From an uncultured Planctomycetaceae bacterium (lineage in GTDB: Bacteria > Planctomycetota > Planctomycetia > Planctomycetales > Planctomycetaceae): 64,000 nt of DNA. The notes beneath the pieces were generated by a model that was given only the letters and a program-made list of their open reading frames with translations, did not search any database and was not told where the DNA came from. Position numbers and translations under genes: made by a program. The stretch covers positions 224,001 through 288,000 of the forward strand of contig CAWFGE010000012.1 of assembly GCA_963815195.1 (NCBI GenBank). The letters are read 5' to 3'. Positions 10,601 through 22,297 of this stretch are shown piece after piece; the first letter of the stretch is position 1; every line of letters starts with the position of its first letter.

Positions 10601-12460
10601 GTGCAAAAAGACGGAAAACCGTTGACCAAAACCTTCCAAGGCACGGCCCAACGCCTCGCAGAGACGCTGCCCTTGGAAAACGGCGAAAACCGGATCCGCG
10701 TGCGGCTGGAATCGGAAACCGGCAAAGAGGTGCTGTTCTCCGAGGCGATCGTCGTGTATTACCGCCGGCCGCCCGAAGTCAGCGAGCTGAAAGTCGAGGC
10801 CGACAAGAAAAACCCGACGGCCACGGTGTCCTGCATCGTCAAGACCCCGGAGGATTTGCCGCTGGGCGATTTGCGGTTCGCCGTCAACACCCGCGAGTAT
10901 TCGATCGATAAACTCCACCTCCAAGCGAAACGCCGGCCCGGGGACAAGACGCTCTGGGACGTGAGCGCGAATGGTGTGCTGCTGGACCAGGGCGAAAACC
11001 GGGTCCGCGTGATCGCCAAAAACGCCGATGCGGCCGCCATCAATCCGCCGGCAGTTACCGTCGATTGGCAGCCGCCGCCCATGCCGATCCCGCCCCGGCC
11101 CACGGTGGATTTTCTCAATGTCTCCAGCCAGGAGCCGATCACCACCTACCGCGAAGGGCAGGAGTTTCCCATCCGCTTCAAAGTGCAGGCCGAGGCCAAA
11201 CTGGCGCGGGTCGATGTCTACGTCAACGGCGACCGGCTGGACGCCCCCAAGATTCCCGAAGCCAAAAACGGGGTGACGTATCAATTCGATTTGCCGGCGA
11301 AGCTGACTTATTCGCGGAATGTACTGCGCGTGATCGCCATCGACGAGAACTTCCGCTTTGACGCCGCCGACGTGACGCTGAACGTGATCCAGCCGCCGGT
11401 GACGTTGGTCATCGACCGGCTCGAAGTGGTCAACCCCAAAGCGGGTTTTGCGAAATCGCTCCAACCCGTGTTGACGCGGAATCATACGGTGGAATTCGAC
11501 GCAGCCGCCGGCGGTGCCGACGTGATCCTTCGCGGCCGCATCGTGCTCTCGAACCCCGCCGTGACGGAGCCGCCTTACGTCAAATGCTGGGTCAACGGTT
11601 TCCTCCAGACCCAACGGCCGCGGCCGGTCAATGGCAATCCCCGCGAATGGAAATTCGCCACCCGGTTGGTGCTAAACCAAGAGAAGCACAACCGTCTGCT
11701 CCTGGAACTCGACGGCGCGGCCGAAAGCCAGATCAGCCAGACTCGCTGCCTCGTGGACTGCGACAATCCCGATCCCCAGCAAACCCTGCATTTGGTCGTC
11801 GTGGGCTACGATCCCAATAACCGCCGCGGCATCGACACGGATGTGCTCGCAAAACAGGCTGCCAAGGCCTTCGGCATCCAGAACAACAAGGCCCCGGCCT
11901 TCACCGCGGTCCGCATCTATCCAGTGGGCAATTCGGTGCGATTGGCGCAAATCAATCAATCGCTGGCGACTGTCAAACTGGCGAACGCCCGCCCGGAAAA
12001 AGGCGACCACCAGGTCGTCGCGTTCTATTACCAAGGCCAGGAAGTCCTCGACTCCAAGAACCAGGCCGGCCTGGCGACAAAGGACGACCCCATTGCGGGG
12101 AGGGACCTCTGCGACGTGCTGAGCAATATTCCCGGTGCGCATGTGATGTTTTTGGACGTGGCCCAGCCCCAACCGATCGACGAACATTGGGACGCCGGCC
12201 CCTATTTGGGCATGCTGAAAGCCACCCATCCCGGTTCCCTGCCTTCGGACCAATCCTTCCCACTGATGTCCGCCCTGGAAACCGCGTTCCCCAAAGTGCA
12301 GGCCCTGGACGAACTTCCGGGCGAAGTGCAAAAATCGCTCGCCACGCCCACGGTGGAACAATCTGTCCCCGAAGATTTGAAGCAGCTCATCATCGGCACC
12401 GCCACAAAAACCCGGCAAAGTCGCCGCCGCGCCGTGACGGTGAATCGAGATTTCGGATGA
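7664..12460 (+). CDS. Large exported WD40-repeat protein with PDZ-like, Ig-like and degenerate caspase-like regions
   Basis: Signal-peptide-like start; [13 protein letters not shown] and [30 protein letters not shown]; repeated GENRIRV beta-strand motifs; Pro-rich linkers. Confidence 0.85.
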   Translation: [1598 protein letters not shown]

Positions 12461-12777
12461 GTTTCACGAGCCGGAATCGCCCGTATTGAATCCGGTACTT
12501 CATCTTGCCCCAACGGGGCAAAACAAGTCAGCCTGGGGCGGAGCAATGCTGTGTGATTCGCCGGGCAACGTGCTTGGTCGACTTTCGGTTGTTGTCGCAC
12601 AAACTTCGCCGATTTTTCCCACACGCGCGATATTTTTTGGGTCTGGGGATTTGATCTTTCCCCAAGCCCCTCAGTACCTTAGAATAAACCGGACTCTTCG
12701 AGCGAGGGTCGAACAACGAATTATTCCGAGATTTTCTGGTTCGCTGTGGCTCGCGATTTGTTCCGCGAGGTCCCGCC

Positions 12778-13824
12778 ATGCCTCCGCAATCCCCGCCGAT
12801 GTTTTCCGTCAAGGAGACCTTTCTCCCCCTGCCGGAGAACCGTCTCGCTCAGACGGCGGTGTTGGAAATGGCCCAACCGGCCCCGCATCGCCAGGGTCGG
12901 CTCGTGTTTTTGAGCGGGCCGTCAGGCGTCGGTAAATCCCTGCTGGTGCTCGAGTTAACCCGCCTGCTCCACGGCAAACTCCGCAAAAACAAATCCGCCA
13001 GCCTCACCGCGAGCGCTTGGGCCGCGGAACTGGCCGAGCACTCCCAAAACCAGACGATCGCCGACTTCCAGGACAGATACCGCGAGCTGGAACTTCTGAT
13101 CTGCGAAGATATTACGGCTCTTTCCGGCCGCAAGGAATCCCAGCAGCAATTGTCCGTGGTGATCGATGAAATCCTCGCATCCGGCGGGAGAGTGCTCATC
13201 ACTTCGACGGTTCCCGCCGGCAGCCTCCGGCGGTTTTCCCGGCGGTTGACGAACCGTTTCCACGGCGGCGTGACGGCGAGCATTCCGCTCCCCGATTTTG
13301 ACAGCCGGGTCTTGCTCCTCAACCATTTCGCCGCGGCCCGGCAGATTGCCTTGCCTGTTTCGGCCGCCGACACGCTCGCCAACGGCCTCGCCGTTTCGCC
13401 CCGCGAACTGTTGGCGGCCCTCATCCAATTGGAAACCGTCGCCCGCCGGCAGAATCTGCCCCTGAGCTCCACCCTGGCCGAGCATTATTTGAACACCGAA
13501 TCCCCGCTGCAAACCGCGACCCTGTCGGAGGTTGCGAAAGCCGTCGCCCGGCAGTTCGGGGTGCCGTTGTCGGGGCTCCGCGGAAAAAAACGCGCCCACG
13601 GCGTCGTCTTGCCCAGGCAGTGCGCCATGTTTTTGGCCCGGGAACTCACCGACCATTCCCTGGCGTCGATCGCCCAGTTCTTTGGACGCCGGCATCACAG
13701 CACCGTCGTCCACGCGTGCAAACGATTGGAATCGGAGCTGGACTGCGAACCCGCCCTCCGGCAGCATCTGGCCCAAATCCGCGCGGTGTTGGGCGCTCAT
13801 CCCTCCGCCAGCTCTTGCGGATGA
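12778..13824 (+). CDS. dnaA: DnaA-family replication initiator lacking domains I/II
   Basis: Walker A GPSGVGKS, RLTNRFHGG (Arg finger), SPREL (sensor II) and domain IV PRQCAMFLARELT...GRRHHSTVVHA. Lies directly upstream of dnaN. Confidence 0.9.
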   Translation: MPPQSPPMFSVKETFLPLPENRLAQTAVLEMAQPAPHRQGRLVFLSGPSGVGKSLLVLELTRLLHGKLRKNKSASLTASAWAAELAEHSQNQTIADFQDRYRELELLICEDITALSGRKESQQQLSVVIDEILASGGRVLITSTVPAGSLRRFSRRLTNRFHGGVTASIPLPDFDSRVLLLNHFAAARQIALPVSAADTLANGLAVSPRELLAALIQLETVARRQNLPLSSTLAEHYLNTESPLQTATLSEVAKAVARQFGVPLSGLRGKKRAHGVVLPRQCAMFLARELTDHSLASIAQFFGRRHHSTVVHACKRLESELDCEPALRQHLAQIRAVLGAHPSASSCG

Positions 13825-14110
13825 ATGCGGAAAAATTGTGGCGCCGCCGGGCAGTTTCCGCGGGCAATTTTTCGTCAAATGGGGCCCGCCGGGCCGGGCC
13901 GGTGAATAACCCCCGCCCTGTTCTCAGCATCCCCACAGGCGCTCCACGTGTTTCCCACAATTTTTTCACACCGCGCCGCCCGGAAGCAGGAGTCATAAAT
14001 CACGTTCTATCTGCACGTTATGCATGGATCATTGATAACAATCCACAGCCAGGCCGCCCGCCAGATACTACTGCTGCTACATAATTCTTAGAAAAGAAAT
14101 CCATAGGCAT
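13825..14110. promoter_or_regulatory. Candidate oriC with DnaA boxes, GC tract, DnaA-trios and AT-rich tract
   Basis: TTTTTCACA 13962-13970 fits TTWTNCACA. Degenerate boxes tgcggaaaa 13826, ggtgaataa 13901, tttcccaca 13951, caatccaca 14039. Then gccaggccgcccgcc, TACTACTGCTGCTAC (14066-14080) and ataattcttagaaaagaaat. Confidence 0.75.
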
Positions 14111-14331
14111 CGCCGCCGGTGTTTTCGCGGAGATCGCTTCCGATCCCGGCCTCTTTTTCTTTGGAAAGATCCCAAAGTTTCCCGGGTTTGAAGCGGGAAG
14201 AATTCACTTGAATTTCGTATAATGACGAGGGATTTCCGCCCTCGATTCCGCGCGATGTTTTCGTTCCTTTTTTCCCGCTTTGCCGGCGCGATTCTCCGGC
14301 CCGGCAAACAGAGACTTACGGTCGTTTTCTC

Positions 14332-15441
14332 ATGAAATTACACTGTCATCGGGCCTCCCTGCAAACGGCTTTCCAGATTGTCTCCGGCGTTGTGCCCGCG
14401 CGGACTCCGAAGGAAATCCTCAAAAACGTGAAGCTGGAAGTCGCCGGCGGCGCGGCCACGTTGATCGGCACCGATCAGGAAGTCGGCATTCGTTACCAGA
14501 TCCCGGGCGTCGAGACCGATTCCGCCGGCGAGACGCTCCTGCCGACGAACCGCGTGATGTCGATCCTCCGCGAACTCACCGATGAGAGCGTGGATTTCGA
14601 AATCAGCGAAGACCGCGTCGACATCCGCTCGGGCCACAGCGAGTTCCAGCTCTCGGCCGAAGACCCCGCGGAGTTCCCCCCCGTCGCCGAATTCAACGAG
14701 AGCAATTACCACGTGGTCCCCGGCCATGTGTTTCGCGAAGCCATTCGCCGCACGATTTTCGCCACGGACCTGGAAAGCACCCGCTACGCGCTCGGCGGGA
14801 TTTTGTTGGAACTGGGCGAGGGCGGCGTCGCGCTCGTCGCCACCGACAGCCGCCGGCTCGCCCTCCAAAAAGCCCCCTGCAAGTCGGAAGGCACGCCCGA
14901 AGACGAGAACAGCACGCCCGTCGTCCCGCGCACCGCCATGAGCCTCATCGAAAAAAGCATCGATGACGACGGCGACGTTCTGGTCGCGGTGCATCAAAAC
15001 GATGTCGTCGTCAAAAGCGGGAACTCGACCATCTACAGCCGGCTTGTCGAAGGCCGCTTCCCCCGCTACGGCGATGTGATTCCCAGCGACTCCAACCATG
15101 TGATCGACCTGGTCGTGGGGCCGTTTTACTCGGCGGTCCGGCAGGCCCAGATTTTGACGAACGAAGACAGCCGCGGCGTCGATTTCCAGTTCGCCGACGG
15201 CACGCTCACCCTGAAAAGCGAAGCGTCGGATGTGGGCTCCTCCAAGATCGAACTGCCCATCGCCTACGACGGCGAGGCGATGACCATCAAGTTCGACCCC
15301 CGCTACATCGCCGAGTTTTTGAAAAACTTCGAGTCGGAAAAACAAGTCTCGCTGCACCTGATCGACTCCGAAAGCGCCGCCGTCTTCCGCACCGACGACA
15401 ACTACACCTACGTCATCATGCCCCTGTCCCGCGAACCCTAG
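14332..15441 (+). CDS. dnaN: DNA polymerase III beta sliding clamp
   Basis: 369 aa; GTDQEVGI, VATDSRRL, SRLVEGRFPRY, YVIMPL. Confidence 0.97.
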   Translation: MKLHCHRASLQTAFQIVSGVVPARTPKEILKNVKLEVAGGAATLIGTDQEVGIRYQIPGVETDSAGETLLPTNRVMSILRELTDESVDFEISEDRVDIRSGHSEFQLSAEDPAEFPPVAEFNESNYHVVPGHVFREAIRRTIFATDLESTRYALGGILLELGEGGVALVATDSRRLALQKAPCKSEGTPEDENSTPVVPRTAMSLIEKSIDDDGDVLVAVHQNDVVVKSGNSTIYSRLVEGRFPRYGDVIPSDSNHVIDLVVGPFYSAVRQAQILTNEDSRGVDFQFADGTLTLKSEASDVGSSKIELPIAYDGEAMTIKFDPRYIAEFLKNFESEKQVSLHLIDSESAAVFRTDDNYTYVIMPLSREP

Positions 15442-15450
15442 TTCAAATTG

Positions 15451-15830
15451 CTTGGTCATTGGTGCTTGGTCATTGGGATTTCCCTCCTTTATGTCTGGTC
15501 CCGAACATCTCTCGCAGGCCTTGTCCCGCTTGATCGCTCTCCGCGGACTCGCGCGGGTGCGGGGGGAATCGCAACTCCAGGACACGTGGAACAAAATCGC
15601 CGGCGAACGCATCGCAAATCACACCCGCGCCCTGGAAATCCGCCGCGGCGTCCTCTGCATCGGCGTGGGTAACGCCCCCATGCTTGGCGAACTGGCGGCC
15701 TTCCACAAACAAAACCTGTTAAAGAAACTCCAAGCCGACCACCCGGACTTAAAGATTCGCGACCTGAAGTTCAAACTCAGAACCGACATCAAGTCCAAAA
15801 AATCCCAAGCCCCCAATCCGAATGACCAAG
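15451..15830. repeat. Imperfect inverted TTGGTCA-type heptamer arrays flanking dciA (15451-15480 and 15801-15830)
   Basis: cttggtcattggtgcttggtcattgggatt versus aatcccaagcccccaatccgaatgaccaag. Confidence 0.7.
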
Positions 15831-15835
15831 AGTAA
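15491..15835 (+). CDS. dciA: DUF721 / DciA family helicase-loading protein
   Basis: LQDTWNKIAGERIANHTRALEIRRGVLCIGV pattern; canonical position between dnaN and gyrB. Confidence 0.8.
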   Translation: MSGPEHLSQALSRLIALRGLARVRGESQLQDTWNKIAGERIANHTRALEIRRGVLCIGVGNAPMLGELAAFHKQNLLKKLQADHPDLKIRDLKFKLRTDIKSKKSQAPNPNDQE

Positions 15836-15843
15836 AAAGGCCT

Positions 15844-15913
15844 GAGCCGCGCACGAAGTAAGCGGTTTTGTGTTGTCTGAATCCCTGAAAACCGCTTACT
15901 TCGTGCGCGGCTC
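15844..15913. repeat. REP-like family A inverted doublet
   Basis: Perfect 26-bp inverted repeat GAGCCGCGCACGAAGTAAGCGGTTTT (15844-15869) / 15888-15913. The same unit occurs at 62783-62858 and as a variant at 48593-48616. Confidence 0.9.
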
Positions 15914-16078
15914 TTGAAAGGGACGTTTCTGCGGGCTTATGCCCGCAGCTATATGCTGTCGCCGCTTCGCGGCTGTTCAATAACGGCAGGCCAATTCTTA
16001 GCAATACGTAGTTCAATAGGTTCGCCTACAATACGGAACCAATCAATTCGTCAAACGAATCTACACTTAAGGGAGTAA

Positions 16079-18673
<2,595 letters not shown>

Positions 18674-18683
18674 CTGATCTCGT

Positions 18684-19070
18684 TTAAGCGTCGGTGACGG
18701 AGTGGAGCGCCACGCGGTTGCCTTCGCTGTCGAGGAGCATCGCGCGGTATCCGTGCGGTCCGATGGAGTGCACATCCTCGACAACCTGGCCGCCCTTGTC
18801 TTTGGCCTTGGCGACGGCATCGCGGATGCGGCCGTTGACGTTGAGGTACAACAATATCCCGCGGTCTGCGGCGATTTCGTCCGGTTTGGGAACCAGGCAG
18901 CCGCCGTTGCCGTCCTGATGATCGAGCACCGAGAACTGAAACTCCCCGAAGCTCTGCTGGTCCACTTTGATCGCGAGAACCTCGGCATAAAACGCCGTCG
19001 CCCTCGTCAGGTCGGTGACGGGAATATCAAACCACACGGCCCGGTTGTGTTGAGAATTGAAGTCGCTCAT
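18684..19070 (-). CDS. VOC / glyoxalase family protein
   Basis: VWFDIPVTDLTRATAFY...DSEGNRVALHS. Confidence 0.9.
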   Translation of the reverse strand: MSDFNSQHNRAVWFDIPVTDLTRATAFYAEVLAIKVDQQSFGEFQFSVLDHQDGNGGCLVPKPDEIAADRGILLYLNVNGRIRDAVAKAKDKGGQVVEDVHSIGPHGYRAMLLDSEGNRVALHSVTDA

Positions 19071-19267
19071 CGTGGTGGCTTTCTGGGAAATGGAAAGAAT
19101 CGATAGGAGAAAAAAACTATACCCCGGCTTCCAGTGGTTGTCTATACATTTGCTGCAAACTCGGGTTGTCCCGCCCGACCAAACGGCTAAAATCCGCCGC
19201 TTCGATAAAAGCATTCGCCAGAGGGCGCTAGCCCCGGTTTCTGGCATTGACAGGTGCAGGAGGCAAC

Positions 19268-19984
19268 GTGCGGATTCGCAGTCGATGGCTCACAATCGCG
19301 GCGGCCCGGGTGATTATTGTTTTCATGCGGCTCGTGTTTTGGACCTGCCGCATAAAAGTCTACGCGGCGCTGCCCGGCACCAATGCTTATGAGGACGTCG
19401 GCGACGATCGGCATTTCTACAGCGTTTGGCACGATCAGATTGTGATGATCCTCTTCAGCGGCAAGCCGAAACGGGTTGCGGGTTTGGTCAGCAAGCATCA
19501 GGACGGATCCTACGTGGCCGACGTGATGCGGATGCTCGATGTCAAACCCGTCCGCGGCTCGACCAAGCGCGGCGGAGCGGAGGCCCTCAAGCAGTTGCTC
19601 GACGCGGCCGAGGATTATCACATCACGATCACGCCGGACGGGCCGCGCGGGCCGCGGCATCAGATCAAGCCGGGGATCGTGTTTCTCGCCTCGCACACCG
19701 GCCGCAAAATCGTGCCCACCGCGTTTGCCTGCCGGAGCGATTGGTCCATCCAAGGCAACTGGACCGACATGATGATCCCGAGGCCCTTCACCACGATCGT
19801 CGCGTTCGGCGGCCATCCGCTCGAAGTGCCGCCGAACTTGACCCGCGAAGGCATCGACGAATACGCGGCCAAGCTGGAAATCCTGATGAGTCAATGCGAA
19901 CAAAAAGCCCAGCGGCTGCTCAACGGCGAAACCTTGGAGCGAGTGCTCGCCGAGAAAGAAGCCCCGAACCGCATCGCCGCTTGA
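19268..19984 (+). CDS. DUF374 lysophospholipid acyltransferase family protein
   Basis: VWHDQI, LVSKHQDG, VRGSTKRGG, ITPDGPRGP. Confidence 0.9.
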   Translation: MRIRSRWLTIAAARVIIVFMRLVFWTCRIKVYAALPGTNAYEDVGDDRHFYSVWHDQIVMILFSGKPKRVAGLVSKHQDGSYVADVMRMLDVKPVRGSTKRGGAEALKQLLDAAEDYHITITPDGPRGPRHQIKPGIVFLASHTGRKIVPTAFACRSDWSIQGNWTDMMIPRPFTTIVAFGGHPLEVPPNLTREGIDEYAAKLEILMSQCEQKAQRLLNGETLERVLAEKEAPNRIAA

Positions 19985-19988
19985 TGTT

Positions 19989-20009
19989 GTAGGGTCCGCT
20001 GTGCGGACC
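19989..20009 (+). repeat. GTAG-type REP hairpin between convergent genes
   Basis: GTAG followed by ggtccgc-tgt-gcggacc. Other GTAG hairpins near 22238-22260 (minus), 47103-47121 (minus) and 62736. Confidence 0.6.
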
Positions 20010-20037
20010 GTTGAAGAAGTGACGCGGCCGGGGCGTG

Positions 20038-21027
20038 CTACTCTTCCTTTGCTTTTTGCCGTGGGGCGGGCTTGCCGCTTTGGCCGTATTGCGTGCCGTC
20101 GGAGGTCATCAGCCGGGCGTAGGCGAGGGGATCGATTTTCGCCGAGAGCGGGCCGCCGTGGCCGTCAGCGTACATGACATTCACGAAGTCGCCGTGCAGG
20201 GAACTCGGTCCCGGACACCGGCCCGGCAGCGAACCATGATTGCCGTTGACCGCAAACGGTCCCAAGTCCGCCCCGCCTAAGTGCAAAGGGCCCCGGCGAT
20301 CGGGTCCGTCGGCAAACGATAGCCGATCGCGGCCGATGACAAACGCCAGGTCCATCGTCTCTCGCGACAGCCAGTTCCCCGCGTTGAGGTTTTCCGTCAA
20401 GAGCAGCGTGTACTCCAACCCGTCGTGTTTGCCGATGAACGGCAGCGACATGCGAAACCCTTCGCCCGCCGGCCGCGGGTCCGGCCGCCAGATCACGCCG
20501 GTGGCATAATTGACGGCATATTCGCGTTCCGAGATTTCCCCGTCGCCGTCGAGGTCGATCGCCGCGGTGTGCGTGCCGGCTTCGCGGACCGCGTGGGTTT
20601 CCGCATCCACGGGAAACAGCCCGTAACCGCCATTGGTCACATAGGACAAAGCCCCCGTTTCTCCGCCCGCGCGGGGATCGTCCGGGCAGACAAACTGCGG
20701 CACGGCAAGAGTCTTGAGCTTTTCTTCCGGCACCAACCCTTTGCCCTCGACCGCTCCAGGAATATCCAGATAAGGGGCCAGTTCCACGGGCCAACCGTGC
20801 TCGTCCACCAGGTAGGGCAGATTGCCTTTGCGGTCGTCGGCATAGAGAATGACGGTTTCCGCGAGCTTCCGGCTGCGGGCCACGCACAACGTATCCCGCG
20901 AAACGCCCCGCACGGACAAAAGCCACGGAATCGCAATCAGCAGCAGCAGCAGCAAACACCCCACAGAGATCGTGACCTCCAAGGCACTCAGTCCCCGCCG
21001 GGGCGACGCGTGCGGATGGCGATTCAT
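20038..21027 (-). CDS. Divergent DUF1559-like pilin-type protein
   Basis: RRGLSALEVTISV N-terminus, FVCPDD, and PSSLHGDFVNVMYADG (H-X9-DG). Confidence 0.8.
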   Translation of the reverse strand: MNRHPHASPRRGLSALEVTISVGCLLLLLLIAIPWLLSVRGVSRDTLCVARSRKLAETVILYADDRKGNLPYLVDEHGWPVELAPYLDIPGAVEGKGLVPEEKLKTLAVPQFVCPDDPRAGGETGALSYVTNGGYGLFPVDAETHAVREAGTHTAAIDLDGDGEISEREYAVNYATGVIWRPDPRPAGEGFRMSLPFIGKHDGLEYTLLLTENLNAGNWLSRETMDLAFVIGRDRLSFADGPDRRGPLHLGGADLGPFAVNGNHGSLPGRCPGPSSLHGDFVNVMYADGHGGPLSAKIDPLAYARLMTSDGTQYGQSGKPAPRQKAKEE

Positions 21028-21110
21028 CGGCTGGCCTCCTCGTTCAGTCTCAACGAGTGCTGGAGTCGGTTTTGTTCCTTCGCTTCACACTCGTCATTCT
21101 ATCAAATCTT

Positions 21111-21191
21111 TGAGCGGCTGGGCCGTAGCCGCCGGTGTTTTTTGAGTTGTCTTGCGATTCCAACAACCGGCGGCTAGCGCCCAGCCGCTCA
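21111..21191. repeat. REP-like family B inverted doublet
   Basis: tgagcggctgggccgtagccgccgg ... ccggcggctagcgcccagccgctca. Confidence 0.85.
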
Positions 21192-21286
21192 AAAACCCTT
21201 CTTCGCGATCCGGACTCCCGCAGCGCGCACCGATCGCATAGAATGGCACGTGCGGGCGCTGGCGTTCGGATTGCCATTCTTGGGAG

Positions 21287-22229
21287 ATGCTTCCATGTCC
21301 TCACGGACCGCGCGGCGACAGCCGGGGCTTTACGCTGATCGAGTTGCTGGTGGTGATCGCGATCATTGCGATCCTCGTGGCGCTGTTGTTGCCTGCCGTG
21401 CAGCAAGCCCGGGGCAGCGCTCAACGGGTGCAATGCCGGAACAACCTCAAGCAGATCGGCCTCGCGCTTCACAACTATGCCGAGCAGCACGGCGTCCTGC
21501 CGCCCGGCAGCACCAGCGAAGTCGAGCGGGGCGTGTGGAAGGATCGGCCCTGGCGGTATCACCTGCATAGCTGGGCGAGTTTGATCCTCCCGCAGTTGGA
21601 TCAGGCCAACATCCAAAAGCGGATCGACTATAATGTCTCCGCCTTGGACCCGGCGAATCGGCAGGCGGCGAGTTTGATTGTTTCGACGTATCGCTGCGCA
21701 AGTTATTCCGGACCGGATTACAGCATCGATCCGCTCTACACCGCGATCTCGCCCACGCTGGCTCTCCGCAACTATGTGGCGATCGGGGCGACGGACATCG
21801 GCCGATTGTGGCAAAAGCCCGACGGCGTGTTTTATGCCCGCTCGAATACCCGCTTCCAAGACATCACCGACGGCGTGTCGAATACGCTGTTCATCGTCGA
21901 GACGCGCGATCAAGGGGCCGCGGTCTGGATCGACGGCGGAGCGGCGGCGGTCGCGGGCCGGCGGTACGACGCCTCCAATCCCCCCAGCTACGCCGGCCCC
22001 GAAAACTCCTTAAACTACACCCCCTACTACCAGGTCGAACGCGATCCCGATGGCAACAAACTCTACCCCTCGCTCGATTGCCTGTACGGCCCCTCGAGCT
22101 TCCACACCGGCGGCGCGCTTCCACCTGTTAGGCGACGGCAGCGTGCGATTGATCTCCGAATACACCAACGTCACCATCTATGATGCCCTCTGCTCCCGAG
22201 CCGGCGGCGAAGTGGCTACATTGGAGTAG
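21287..22229 (+). CDS. DUF1559 pilin-like protein (frameshift near 22115)
   Basis: [61 protein letters not shown]...RAGGEV continues in a shifted frame to TAG at 22229. Confidence 0.88.
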
Positions 22230-22297
22230 ATGTGTTAGGGTCAGCTTGAGCTTGACCTACCTGCCAAAGGTTTGATCGCGAACGTGGAGAGTTGATT

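Noticed and set aside
9131..11614. 827-aa antisense ORF, and similar ones at 58780..61986, 51979..53697, 14338..15612 and 36239..37714
   Set aside because: These are shadow frames opposite well-supported genes in high-GC DNA and carry no motifs.
14218..14223. TATAAT upstream of dnaN (also at 4435 and 24855) as sigma70 promoters
   Set aside because: No properly spaced -35 or extended -10, so they cannot be supported from sequence alone.
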